Virus record (IMG/VR): IMGVR_UViG_3300025141_016157
Span: 96,347-160,346 of that record
Direction: 5' to 3' (one strand)
Source of the DNA: a virus
Length of the DNA: 64,000 nucleotides
Shown here: in pieces, positions 29,171 to 38,550 of the stretch
Layout of the letters: each line of letters starts with the position of its first letter
Numbering within the stretch: position 1 is the first letter of the stretch
The notes under the pieces: generated by a model
What the model saw: the letters and a program-made list of their open reading frames with translations, nothing else
Database searches by the model: none
What the model was told of the DNA's origin: nothing
Translations under genes and position numbers: made by a program

Positions 29171-29449
29171 ATGAAAGAATTGAACTCTAAATCCATCAAC
29201 AAATTAGTCTCTTATATAAGAGAGAACCTATCAGTATCTGCAGGCACAGGTGATAACAAAAGAATTCTTATCAAGCCCGGGTTGAAAATAACGCATGTGG
29301 GCAATAAAGAAAATCAGGGTTCTGGGCTCAATTATACAGTTGATGCAGTTTTAGATTCAGAAGATGGATTACTTATAAGATGTGTAAGACCCCCAGACGT
29401 CTTTATCACACTCACAGGCACTGACCTAAAACAGTTTGAGAGAACATAA
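29171..29449 (+). CDS. Hypothetical protein
   Basis: ORF with tag-like N-terminus (..INKLVSYIRE), coupled to the next gene. Confidence 0.65.
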   Translation: MKELNSKSINKLVSYIRENLSVSAGTGDNKRILIKPGLKITHVGNKENQGSGLNYTVDAVLDSEDGLLIRCVRPPDVFITLTGTDLKQFERT

Positions 29450-30138
29450 TGACAATAACAAAAAAAGATTTATTATCTAAAATTAGAGATGATCTAAATT
29501 TATCAGATACCCTAGAAGAATCTATAATTGCCCAGCCAAAGAAGTTTAGATTAAAAACTGATTTATTGAGCGAGGCAAACAAGGTAAATCATGTTGAGCT
29601 ATATGATCAGTACGTAAAAGACTTTAATAAGATAAGCATTGAGTTAGACTCAGCTAATAGAAAAGACTCTAGCTCTAACGGATCACTCTATAGATCTTTA
29701 AAAATAGATGAGACATACAATCTAAACTCAGTATATCTTCATGAGCTTTACTTTAATAATATTAGCGATCTTCATAGTAATATTCCAATGGACTCTTTGG
29801 TGTATATGAGGCTGTCTAGAGATTTTGGAACATTCGATGCCTGGCAGCAAGATTTTATAGCCAGCTGCATGGCCTCAAGATGCGGATGGGCTATCACATA
29901 TTATAATATGTTCACACAGACTTATATGAATTGTCCTATTGATCTACACTCGATTAATGTGCCTGTTGGTGCATACCCAGTAATTGTTATGGATGTTTGG
30001 CAGCATGCATATTATCGTGATTATCTAAAGGATAAGAAATCTTATGTTTTTGGAATGATGAAACAGCTCAATTGGAGCGTGATTGAAAAGAGGGTTGAAA
30101 AAGCAGAAGAGATATCAAGAGTGGTAAAAGGTGGATAG
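29449..30138 (+). CDS. Fe/Mn superoxide dismutase-like protein with N-terminal extension
   Basis: NH..LY..Y, LHELYF, DFGTFDAW, GWA, MDVWQHAYYRDY; leader MTITKKDLLSKIRDDL..LEE. Confidence 0.8.
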   Translation: MTITKKDLLSKIRDDLNLSDTLEESIIAQPKKFRLKTDLLSEANKVNHVELYDQYVKDFNKISIELDSANRKDSSSNGSLYRSLKIDETYNLNSVYLHELYFNNISDLHSNIPMDSLVYMRLSRDFGTFDAWQQDFIASCMASRCGWAITYYNMFTQTYMNCPIDLHSINVPVGAYPVIVMDVWQHAYYRDYLKDKKSYVFGMMKQLNWSVIEKRVEKAEEISRVVKGG

Positions 30139-30142
30139 GTAA

Positions 30143-30775
30143 ATGTCAAGTTTAAAAGATATTAGTCTTTTCTTAGAAGAGACAGCAAAAGAATTATATG
30201 CAGAGCCTTTAAGCTCTACTGATGCTGTAAGGCAGACAGGTGACTCCGTTGATGATCAAATAGATTCATTTCTTATAGCATTTGAAAGAGACTCGGTAAT
30301 TTCAAAAGATGAACAGGTAATGGAGTCTTTAAAAGATATGAGCCTAAGGGTTTTATTTGAACAGCCAAGCGCTGCAGAAGAAGCTGAGGATGCTGAGGGT
30401 GAAGATGTTGCTGTAGATCCAGAAGAAGAAGAGGCAAAAGATCCTGAAACTGAAGACCCTGTGGGAAGCGAGAGGATAAAAGTAGATGAACCAGTAGATA
30501 CTCCCATGCTTCCCCTTGATATTGATTCATTTGCAAAGAGGGTTGCAAGGCTTGCTGAAAATGGACCTACACTTCTTGATCTTGAGACTGTTATAGTAAA
30601 TCGAGCATTAAACTACCTAAGAGAAAATTATAACGAGCAACATGCTAAATCTCTTCTTGAGGTTCTTGATGATCAATTTGATTTCAATATTGACGATGCC
30701 GGTGCGCCTCTAGAGACACCGTTTGCTGTAGGAGCATATGCCGGCGGAACAGGCGGCCTCGGTGGAGGCGGGTGA
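30143..30775 (+). CDS. Acidic hypothetical protein with Gly-rich C-terminus
   Basis: 210-aa ORF; tag-like SLFLEE and RVLFE; ends GAYAGGTGGLGGGG. Confidence 0.7.
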   Translation: MSSLKDISLFLEETAKELYAEPLSSTDAVRQTGDSVDDQIDSFLIAFERDSVISKDEQVMESLKDMSLRVLFEQPSAAEEAEDAEGEDVAVDPEEEEAKDPETEDPVGSERIKVDEPVDTPMLPLDIDSFAKRVARLAENGPTLLDLETVIVNRALNYLRENYNEQHAKSLLEVLDDQFDFNIDDAGAPLETPFAVGAYAGGTGGLGGGG

Positions 30776-30778
30776 TAT

Positions 30779-31069
30779 TTGACCAAGTCTATATTAAAAG
30801 AGTTAGAAAGAAGAAAATCACTACATTTTAATATTCCATCCTCAGCTCACTCTTCATTGAGAATAAACTGTTTTAAGCTTGGGATAACAATGCAAGATTT
30901 TTTTGAAGAGATTTCAAATCTTGTTGAGTCAGAATCACCTATTGTACTTTCAATTATGGAAACTGTCGCAGAGAATAAGAAAAACAAACAAATTAAAAAG
31001 CTTGCCGAAACAGATGTAGAATCGTTGTATAATATGATAGAGAAAGAAATCGGTGAAGGTAAAAGTTGA
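30779..31069 (+). CDS. Hypothetical protein (possible ribbon-helix-helix DNA binder)
   Basis: KSLHFNIPSSAHSSLRINCFKLGITMQDFFEE resembles the RHH pattern. Confidence 0.5.
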   Translation: MTKSILKELERRKSLHFNIPSSAHSSLRINCFKLGITMQDFFEEISNLVESESPIVLSIMETVAENKKNKQIKKLAETDVESLYNMIEKEIGEGKS

Positions 31070-31338
31070 CAAGTAGAGTAGCTAAATTTTTTAAAAATAT
31101 AAGAAATAGATTTCATTTATTCTTTGTTGGAAAAGTCTTTGAAAAAAGGTGCAAAGATCTAGAAGCACAAGTAGAGTTTATGTCTTCAATAATCACACAA
31201 CAGTCTCAGCTGATAGCATCCCTTGCTGTTGTTCAAAGTGATCTGGCAAAGTCCATAAGGGAGAATGGACTATTGGACTCTAGCGGAGAATATCTTACAC
31301 TTAGGATACCCATCTCAGATGACGGTCCTGCTAATTAA
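31066..31338 (+). CDS. Hypothetical coiled-coil protein
   Basis: ORF in operon-like order. Confidence 0.55.
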   Translation: MTSRVAKFFKNIRNRFHLFFVGKVFEKRCKDLEAQVEFMSSIITQQSQLIASLAVVQSDLAKSIRENGLLDSSGEYLTLRIPISDDGPAN

Positions 31339-31360
31339 GACTAATTAATCTCTATATCGT

Positions 31361-31368
31361 AATATTTA
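31361..31368 (+). promoter_or_regulatory. AATANTTA motif (putative late promoter) before holin
   Basis: AATATTTA. Confidence 0.5.
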
Positions 31369-31387
31369 TTATAAAGAGGAATTAATT

Positions 31388-31627
31388 ATGGGTGACAATG
31401 AAATAGACATTCAGGAAGTAAATGCGCATAAAGCTGGAGAAAAGATTGGCCTTGTTGATAGGATTGTAGGTAGAATAATATCAAGAAAGTTTTTTGTATT
31501 TTTAACTGCAACTGGCCTTATGGCATTCTACGGTCTAGACAGTGAGACATGGGGCATGATAGCAATGATTTATATCGGCGGTCAGTCAGTTATAGATGCA
31601 GCAATTGCATGGAGACACGGTGCTTGA
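31388..31627 (+). CDS. Putative holin (2 TM)
   Basis: 79 aa, SRKF followed by two hydrophobic segments; GAGG SD. Confidence 0.6.
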   Translation: MGDNEIDIQEVNAHKAGEKIGLVDRIVGRIISRKFFVFLTATGLMAFYGLDSETWGMIAMIYIGGQSVIDAAIAWRHGA

Positions 31628-32024
31628 ATCAATTACGATTTTGATTATTAAGGAAAAGCTTTCAGATATCTGGAGAGTAATAAAAAAGTATTGGCAATTT
31701 TTTCTAGGAATGAGTGTTGCAGTGATCTTCTTTATTCTTACAAGAGATACTAGTAAAGCAAGCAAAGCTCTTGAGCAATTTAGAAAATCTTCAAAAGACG
31801 AAAGAGAGCGATCACTAGAAATTCAAGAAGACAAGCAGAGTGATATTGAAAAAGCAGTAGACGAGTTTAGTGAAGATATCAATAGTGCAGCAGAGGATCT
31901 CTCTGAGAGAAGTCGACAGCTAGAAGAAGAAAAGGAAAGAATCAAAAATGAACTTCTTGAAAAAGAGGAAAAAGAAAGAGGTTCAATAGCAGAAGAGATA
32001 TCAGAAACTTTAGATAAAATTTAA
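31620..32024 (+). CDS. Putative inner-membrane spanin-like protein
   Basis: GTG start after GGAG; single N-terminal TM then long coiled coil; follows the holin. Confidence 0.55.
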   Translation: MLESITILIIKEKLSDIWRVIKKYWQFFLGMSVAVIFFILTRDTSKASKALEQFRKSSKDERERSLEIQEDKQSDIEKAVDEFSEDINSAAEDLSERSRQLEEEKERIKNELLEKEEKERGSIAEEISETLDKI

Positions 32025-32054
32025 CTTTTAGAACGAGATTTATAAAATTTAATC

Positions 32055-32516
32055 ATGCAATTTTTTTCAAAAAATTTTTTAATTCTAGCTTTTTCTCTCT
32101 TTCTTACTGGATTTTCACCAGTATCACATGCAGATGATCTTGATGCAGTTCCTATTTCTGAAGGTGACCCAGCCCCGTTTTCAGGAACCCTTCTAACAAA
32201 TGAAGCTGCTGCTTCTTTACTTGCAGAGATACATACATGCGCTGAAAGATCAACATCACAACTTCAGTTTGAACTTGACAGTACAAGAGCACGATGTGAA
32301 CTAGACCTTTCTCTATCGCAGATAAATCTTGATAGCAGTGTACAGAGATATCAGTCTGTAATACTTGCGCAAGATGAGCAGCTTGAATATTTATTAAAAT
32401 CAAATACAAATCAGGGAATGTCTAAAGAGGTTACATTTATAGTTGGCGTTGTTGCTGGTGTACTTGTTATGACAGGATCAGCATATGCATTACAAGCGAT
32501 ATCAAATTCCAACTAA
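32055..32516 (+). CDS. Secreted coiled-coil protein with C-terminal TM (spanin partner candidate)
   Basis: Sec signal (..VSHA/DD), GDPAPFSGTLL, coiled coil, C-terminal hydrophobic helix. Confidence 0.55.
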   Translation: MQFFSKNFLILAFSLFLTGFSPVSHADDLDAVPISEGDPAPFSGTLLTNEAAASLLAEIHTCAERSTSQLQFELDSTRARCELDLSLSQINLDSSVQRYQSVILAQDEQLEYLLKSNTNQGMSKEVTFIVGVVAGVLVMTGSAYALQAISNSN

Positions 32517-32534
32517 ATAACTTCAATTCTACTG

Positions 32535-32542
32535 AATAATTA
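32535..32542 (+). promoter_or_regulatory. AATANTTA motif (putative late promoter)
   Basis: AATAATTA then AGGAG SD. Confidence 0.5.
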
Positions 32543-32558
32543 ATGATAGGAGAGTTGC

Positions 32559-34733
32559 ATGATGAATGTTATTGTTAATAAGAAATCTCTCGTGAGCGCA
32601 CTTGTTGAAGCGATCATGTCAGAAGAAGAGCCGCCAGAATTCGAAAGAGTAAACGTTCATGAAGATGAGCCAATTGTACCAAACGAGATGATGGCAACAC
32701 AGCTTGCTGAGTTTGTGCCTCCTGTCGGAGATCCTGAGTTTGTGCCAGTATCAATTGAAGAATTGGGAAGCTCAGCACAAGCAATATCTCGTGAAGTTCC
32801 GCCTACTGAGATAGAATATTTTTATAGAAAGCTTCATCAATTGCTTGATGTATGTCTTGACAGAGAGGCAGAAAAATCAATGAAAATAGAAACTATTGTT
32901 CATAGGATTTTATCAGAAGCTGATAATATGAAAGATGCTTTTCTTAAAAAAGCAGTTGAGAGAGTAACTGCAGGTGAGGATGCGTATAGTGTAGCCGTTG
33001 AACTCATTGACTCATATGTAGAATTTGAAGAAGAAGATCCCGAGGAGTTATCATCAAATATTCAAATGCTATCTTACGGAATTGAAGATGATCGCAGTGA
33101 AGATGTCGAGATTGAAGATAGCAAAGAAGAAATCGAAACGACAGCTGAGCCTATAGATCAAGATACGAAAGGCAGTGAGAGTGAAAAAAGTGAAGATGAC
33201 TTCTCATATACAGATGAAGATTACGATGCAGACCTTGCAAAAGAACAGATGGATGAATCAGAAGAATCAATTGCTAGTGATATTGTAGATCTAATTATGA
33301 AAAAAGGTCTTCATACAACAGTTCTAAAAGATCCTGAAACTGGTGAGAAAGAAATGGTACCAGTTGTAATAATTGACCCGGCCACAGGCGACTTTAAGAT
33401 GTCTGAAAAAGAAATGAGAGTTCTTGCATCTGAATCTTACGGGTTTGAAATTATAAAAACAGCACTAGAGATGTCTGATATTGCAGGGCTTTTTTCAAAG
33501 CTTAGTGATAAGGCGGGAAGTGACAAAGCAGCATATCTATGGCTGTATTCAAATCTAAGTGAGATTTTAGGCAAAGAGGGCAATCCTGTTTCATCTGAGC
33601 TTGGTGCAGAGATGTATGCAAATCAAATTGCAGATACGATTGGAAAATACGGTGAAGCAGTTAAGGATCAACTTCTGGCAATGGCTGATCAGGTCGAGAC
33701 AAAGACAGAAGACATAGCAACAGAAATTGGTCGAGGAAGCGACTCGCTGTCAATAGTTGTTCCACCCGATGAAATGGCAGCAGCTCTTAGGCTAGTCGCT
33801 GATCAAAGATTAGAGGTGCCAAGGAGAGGTCGACCTAGACTTTATGATGAAGATGAACCTCGTGAAGCAATGACACCCGAGATGAGAAAACAAATCAGGG
33901 CAGAAAGAAGAAGAGCAGAGCTTGAATTAGAGTATGAGCCTGGTAAAATGCACCTCTCACCTAAAGCTCTTAGGGCTATGATGGATGGCATTGCAACAAG
34001 TCTCGGAGTCTCACTTGGGAATGTTAGAAATGTCATATATGATGATCTCAAAGTCTATGGCCTTCCCGCTGAAGATCTAAGAAAGATGATACAGGTTGAT
34101 AAGATGCCAGGCGGAAGAGAGAAAATACCATTCACATATGATCCGCTTAGAGTTCAGGCAAAAGAGAAGATTGTAGAGAAACTGTACGACATGTATAGAA
34201 ATGCAATGATGTCGTATGTTGATGAAGTTGCAAGCTCTGATGATGAAGAAGATAGAGATATCGGTGAGGCTTATAGGGATCTATTCTTTGGAGACGGAGG
34301 CTTCTACCAGCCCGGCCTTGACGGGTATGTTGCACTTCAGGCGCAAGTTGGAGGCCCTACGCTCGAAGATCCAGACTCTGTTGACATTGATGATATAGCC
34401 TTTAGAACGAAGAGAAAAGCTTACGACTTTATTCAGGAATTTATTGATCAGGTTGCAAAAGAATGGCTTGACCCTGAGTCTCCTGAATACAAGCAGGCAA
34501 AAGAAGGGGGAATGAGAGCGTTCTTAAACTCCCTGGTTAATGATGAAACGTTTAGTGATGTAAGTTCTCGAGCTGATATTGATAATATTATTGATAAAGA
34601 AGTTGGTGATATATCTAACTCTCTAGACGAAGACAGGCTTAAAGAGATTATTGATATAGTATTTGACAAAGCACCAAAAAGAACTAAGAAATATATTGCT
34701 AGAGTTAAGAAAGAGCTAGGGAAGCAGGTATAA
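32559..34733 (+). CDS. Large acidic hypothetical protein (putative virion internal protein)
   Basis: 724 aa; N-terminal ..LVEAIMSE and internal MKIETIVHRILSE tag-like helices. Confidence 0.7.
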   Translation: MMNVIVNKKSLVSALVEAIMSEEEPPEFERVNVHEDEPIVPNEMMATQLAEFVPPVGDPEFVPVSIEELGSSAQAISREVPPTEIEYFYRKLHQLLDVCLDREAEKSMKIETIVHRILSEADNMKDAFLKKAVERVTAGEDAYSVAVELIDSYVEFEEEDPEELSSNIQMLSYGIEDDRSEDVEIEDSKEEIETTAEPIDQDTKGSESEKSEDDFSYTDEDYDADLAKEQMDESEESIASDIVDLIMKKGLHTTVLKDPETGEKEMVPVVIIDPATGDFKMSEKEMRVLASESYGFEIIKTALEMSDIAGLFSKLSDKAGSDKAAYLWLYSNLSEILGKEGNPVSSELGAEMYANQIADTIGKYGEAVKDQLLAMADQVETKTEDIATEIGRGSDSLSIVVPPDEMAAALRLVADQRLEVPRRGRPRLYDEDEPREAMTPEMRKQIRAERRRAELELEYEPGKMHLSPKALRAMMDGIATSLGVSLGNVRNVIYDDLKVYGLPAEDLRKMIQVDKMPGGREKIPFTYDPLRVQAKEKIVEKLYDMYRNAMMSYVDEVASSDDEEDRDIGEAYRDLFFGDGGFYQPGLDGYVALQAQVGGPTLEDPDSVDIDDIAFRTKRKAYDFIQEFIDQVAKEWLDPESPEYKQAKEGGMRAFLNSLVNDETFSDVSSRADIDNIIDKEVGDISNSLDEDRLKEIIDIVFDKAPKRTKKYIARVKKELGKQV

Positions 34734-34736
34734 AAA

Positions 34737-35129
34737 ATGAGATTGACAGACTTAATCGTTGAAAGTGCAGAAAGAGAGTTTTCCGGAGTAGGATCTGTTG
34801 ACGATATGATACAACAGGTATCAGTAAAATCTACTATTGATGCAGGATTACCCATAATTGCTAGAGAATCAGACTGGGAGACACTTCAAAGTCCTACACG
34901 CCTTGCAAGATCTTTTTCATTTGAATCTCTAGATAAAATTAGATATTTTATTAATGAAATGCTTGCATATCAATCTATATCAAATCATCACTGCACAATG
35001 ATAGTTCAAGAAAATATTATCCATATAGAGACATATACACATGATGTAAATAATATAACTGCTCAAGATTTAAGCTTAGCAAAATTTGCAGATGAGATAT
35101 ATGAAGACACTAGGTTCTTTTTAACATGA
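34737..35129 (+). CDS. Pterin-4-alpha-carbinolamine dehydratase-like protein
   Basis: W..L.RSFSF, NHH, YTHDVNNITAQDLSLAKFADEIY. Confidence 0.75.
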   Translation: MRLTDLIVESAEREFSGVGSVDDMIQQVSVKSTIDAGLPIIARESDWETLQSPTRLARSFSFESLDKIRYFINEMLAYQSISNHHCTMIVQENIIHIETYTHDVNNITAQDLSLAKFADEIYEDTRFFLT

Positions 35130-35479
35130 GTGAGCGTTTCATTATAAGCAGAGAGCTTGAAGGTATAATTGATAAAGAAAACGTTTTTGGAGACGAAGGT
35201 CTAAATAGCATTTCTATAGAAATTTTATTAAAAACGTTTAAAATAAATAGTAATATAAAGAATATAAAAATTAAAAAAAGATCAGTATCTTTCATGTTTT
35301 CAATAGCTGAAAGTGATATCTACAATCTTATATCACATAATGGGCCGATAGATCTAATATCTGTAGGGAGGCAACAAGATAAATTTGTTCAGTTTGCAGA
35401 TTGTAATATTAGATCGCTAGACATAACAGCAAATGAAGATATGTATATTTGTAAAATTATTATAGATAGAATTGAATAA
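35126..35479 (+). CDS. Hypothetical protein
   Basis: ATGA-coupled ORF. Confidence 0.6.
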   Translation: MSERFIISRELEGIIDKENVFGDEGLNSISIEILLKTFKINSNIKNIKIKKRSVSFMFSIAESDIYNLISHNGPIDLISVGRQQDKFVQFADCNIRSLDITANEDMYICKIIIDRIE

Positions 35480-35482
35480 TTA
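35475..35482 (+). promoter_or_regulatory. AATANTTA motif (putative late promoter)
   Basis: AATAATTA then GAGGAG SD. Confidence 0.5.
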
Positions 35483-35500
35483 ATCACGAGGAGTTATAAT

Positions 35501-35683
35501 ATGAAACGTAAATCTCAAAGCTTTTCTTTTGATAAGTTTGTAACAGATATAGAAAAAAGAGAAGAAGATGCTAGAAAAAAGGTTGAAGATCACCAAAGCC
35601 AGCAAGAATCTCACCCAGGAAGAAAATATAATAAGCTCTACAGAGAACACTGGCAAAATAGAGTAAAGTTTCGGAGAAAATAA
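35501..35683 (+). CDS. Small hypothetical protein
   Basis: Strong SD, coupled to the next gene. Confidence 0.6.
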   Translation: MKRKSQSFSFDKFVTDIEKREEDARKKVEDHQSQQESHPGRKYNKLYREHWQNRVKFRRK

Positions 35684-36402
35684 TGTCATCAATAAGATTA
35701 AAGACAAAGCAAGATATTAAAGATTTTTTTAAAATTCTTGCTGAAGAAAGTGTAAAAAGCGCAAAAAAGCAAGTTCTAGATACTGGTGCCAGCTATTTGA
35801 ACAGTCAATCAAAGCTAGATAAAAAAGCTTATTCAGATATTAGAGAAGAGGAGGAAGAAGAAGTAGTCGAAGACGACTTGGACGTATCCGCAGCGACTCC
35901 TGAAGAACCTGTTGCAGCAGAAGAGGATATTGATACCTCAGTGGCTGTTGAGACTCAAGACATAGAAGATGTATCGCTAGATTCAATTGCAAAGAAAATA
36001 AAAATAATGAGAAGCGGTCTGTCAGTTGATGATTCTTCAGTTCAACAACCATTAAGAACATATTTTGATTTATTGAGCGATGCAGAAAGGAAAGCTTTGT
36101 ATGCATTTCTAAATGCAATAGCTGGAATGATGACTGGCGAGACAACGGCAGAAAACGCTGATGACCCGAGTGATCCTCCTTATAATGTTACAATGAGTTC
36201 AGGTGAAATTGAAACTGAAGATGAAGAAAGTATAGAGACAGAAGATTTTCTAGATGATACATCAGATATAGATGTTGAAGTAGAAGAAGAGGAAGAAGTT
36301 GAATCAGACGGAAGTGTTCCAATTAGAGTTGGAGGCGTTCAGTCAAGGAAATCAATATCTGAAATTAGAAAAAAAGTAATTTCACTTCTTGGAAAGTCAT
36401 GA
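35683..36402 (+). CDS. Acidic hypothetical protein (putative head core/scaffold-like)
   Basis: Glu/Asp-rich tracts; tag-like ..FFKILAEE and ..ISEIRKKVISLL. Confidence 0.65.
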   Translation: MSSIRLKTKQDIKDFFKILAEESVKSAKKQVLDTGASYLNSQSKLDKKAYSDIREEEEEEVVEDDLDVSAATPEEPVAAEEDIDTSVAVETQDIEDVSLDSIAKKIKIMRSGLSVDDSSVQQPLRTYFDLLSDAERKALYAFLNAIAGMMTGETTAENADDPSDPPYNVTMSSGEIETEDEESIETEDFLDDTSDIDVEVEEEEEVESDGSVPIRVGGVQSRKSISEIRKKVISLLGKS

Positions 36403-36596
36403 AAATAAAGGGAAAATCAGAGTCTAGAACTATTAGCATTGGCAAAGATTCAACAATGGAAATTGAAGTAAGCGAAATAATTATTGAGCAGATAAAAAAA
36501 GAGTATGGAATTGAAAGTGTTGATGACTACCATCTTCAAATTTTCTTTAGGGATGTTTTGAAAGATGCATCTTTAAATATTTTAAACGACAGATAG
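36399..36596 (+). CDS. Small hypothetical protein
   Basis: ATGA-coupled ORF. Confidence 0.55.
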   Translation: MKIKGKSESRTISIGKDSTMEIEVSEIIIEQIKKEYGIESVDDYHLQIFFRDVLKDASLNILNDR

Positions 36597-36610
36597 AGGG
36601 TAAAGATAGA

Positions 36611-37885
36611 ATGAGAATAAGTCGTCAAAAAATTGAAAGTCTGATTCTATCTGAGATAAGTTTAAAACATGAAATAGACTCAGATGAGTATATAAATGAA
36701 CTTGATGACCTGATACTATCCATCAAGAATCTTAAAAGCTCTTTAAGAAAAGGGCCTAGTAGAAAGTCAAATAGAAAGGAAATGCATCGATTGCAAAGTG
36801 CAATAGAGGCTGTTAGATTTATTAAAAAAAAATCTAAGAGAAAAAGAGAAAAAATGCTTTCTGAGGGTGGAAGGAAAATTTCTCACCTGCCAGAAGATAA
36901 AATAGCAAAGCTATCTCCTGAAGTTGTTACAAGTGCAATCTCAATCTATAGAGACCTTATTGCCCAGTTTAATGATTATCTAGGGCAGAAAGGGCTAGAT
37001 CCAGTTTCACCAGATAGAGCAGTTGGATCAACTGCTTATTATCAGGAAGATCTTGAGGAAGATTCAGATGTTATCTACGGAGATATAGACTATCTTGTTG
37101 TATTTCCACACGTTAAAAATAGTGAAAATTTTAAAAACTTAAGAGATTTACAGTCCAGAACTAAAAGAGAGTACTCTGGTTACTTTCTTGATTTTATAAA
37201 ATCTTCTAGTCCCGACAATGTAGACGTAGAGCTAACAGGTGAGGTATCTCCAACCATGGTTGTCTTGTCACTTCCAGATGATAAAAAAGTCCAAGTTGAT
37301 CTTATAGCAACGTTTCCAAGATATCAGGAATGGATGAATACAAGATGGGTTCCTGAAAGAGGTGTCAAAGGATATATTGGTGGAAATCTATACAAAGCAT
37401 TTGGAGATTCACTTGTTCTAACAGTTGGAGATCAGGGTGTTATTGCAAGAACTATTGATGGAAAAAGAGTTTCGTCAAACAAGCGAGGAAAAGAAGTAAA
37501 CGTTGAGCAAATATCATCAAGCCCACAGACTTTTTTTAAAGATATAGTTTCCTATCTATCCGGAGACAGTTTACAAATTTCAAAAGATCTGGAAGACTTC
37601 CAGGGAATGGATCCTAAAAATATTTCTGTATCTGATATAGCAAAAGGTATAAGACTTGTTTCAGAAAATCTTTATGAAAATGACTCCCTTCCGTCGAGAT
37701 TTAAAAATCCAAGAGAGATGCTAGAGGAGGTTCTTGCTCGTTTTAAGATAGCTATAGACAACTCTCTTTCTAAGAAGTCAAAGCCAAGCTCTCAAGGTGG
37801 TATGTTAAGTGATGAAAAGCTATCAAAGCTAGTAAAAATGAATGCAGAGCAGTATAATAATGTTAAAAGTGAATTTAACTTATAG
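36611..37885 (+). CDS. Pol-beta superfamily nucleotidyltransferase with N-terminal tag
   Basis: MRISRQKIESLILSE; MLSEGG; VGSTAYY...GDIDYLV; VQVDL. Confidence 0.7.
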   Translation: MRISRQKIESLILSEISLKHEIDSDEYINELDDLILSIKNLKSSLRKGPSRKSNRKEMHRLQSAIEAVRFIKKKSKRKREKMLSEGGRKISHLPEDKIAKLSPEVVTSAISIYRDLIAQFNDYLGQKGLDPVSPDRAVGSTAYYQEDLEEDSDVIYGDIDYLVVFPHVKNSENFKNLRDLQSRTKREYSGYFLDFIKSSSPDNVDVELTGEVSPTMVVLSLPDDKKVQVDLIATFPRYQEWMNTRWVPERGVKGYIGGNLYKAFGDSLVLTVGDQGVIARTIDGKRVSSNKRGKEVNVEQISSSPQTFFKDIVSYLSGDSLQISKDLEDFQGMDPKNISVSDIAKGIRLVSENLYENDSLPSRFKNPREMLEEVLARFKIAIDNSLSKKSKPSSQGGMLSDEKLSKLVKMNAEQYNNVKSEFNL

Positions 37886-37896
37886 AACGGCTTCGA

Positions 37897-38550
37897 ATGG
37901 ATTTCTTTATATCTGACTGTCATTTCGGTCACAAAAATATAATACGTTACATGGATAGACCATTTATGTCTGTCGATGATATGAATTTAAAAATGATCAA
38001 TCTTTGGAATGATACAGTTACTAATGATGATAGAGTCTTCTTAGTAGGAGACGCATTTCTTTGTAATGATGAAAAATCATCTGATATACTTAGTCAGCTT
38101 AACGGTTATAAAGTTTTAATTGCTGGCAATCATGACAAATCTGAAAGAACAATGCTTGACATAGGTTTCGATGAGTATCATAGAGAGCTTCAGTACAGCC
38201 TTGGTGATCTCGGAATTGCACTTATGAAACATTACCCACTTCCAGATATAGTGATCAAGGAAAAGGGGTATGACTATCTAATACACGGGCATCTTCATCG
38301 ACCGCCTCACACACAGGGTCTTAAAATTAATGTTGCTGCAGATCTTATTGACTTTATTCCAAAGGACTCTAATTATATAAGAACAATGCTCACGAGATCA
38401 GTTTCAAATGAAGAAAATGAAAAACTAGATTTTAAAATTAAAGACGATAAGATTAGTTTAAATTTAGAAATTAGAATTGAAGATTTTTCTGGAAGTGTAG
38501 ACCATATTTATAGTATATTAAGAAAGCATTGGGCTGAGGAAGAAAAATGA
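37897..38550 (+). CDS. Calcineurin-like metallophosphoesterase
   Basis: SDCHFGH, LVGD, GNHD, KHYP, HGHLH. Confidence 0.85.
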   Translation: MDFFISDCHFGHKNIIRYMDRPFMSVDDMNLKMINLWNDTVTNDDRVFLVGDAFLCNDEKSSDILSQLNGYKVLIAGNHDKSERTMLDIGFDEYHRELQYSLGDLGIALMKHYPLPDIVIKEKGYDYLIHGHLHRPPHTQGLKINVAADLIDFIPKDSNYIRTMLTRSVSNEENEKLDFKIKDDKISLNLEIRIEDFSGSVDHIYSILRKHWAEEEK

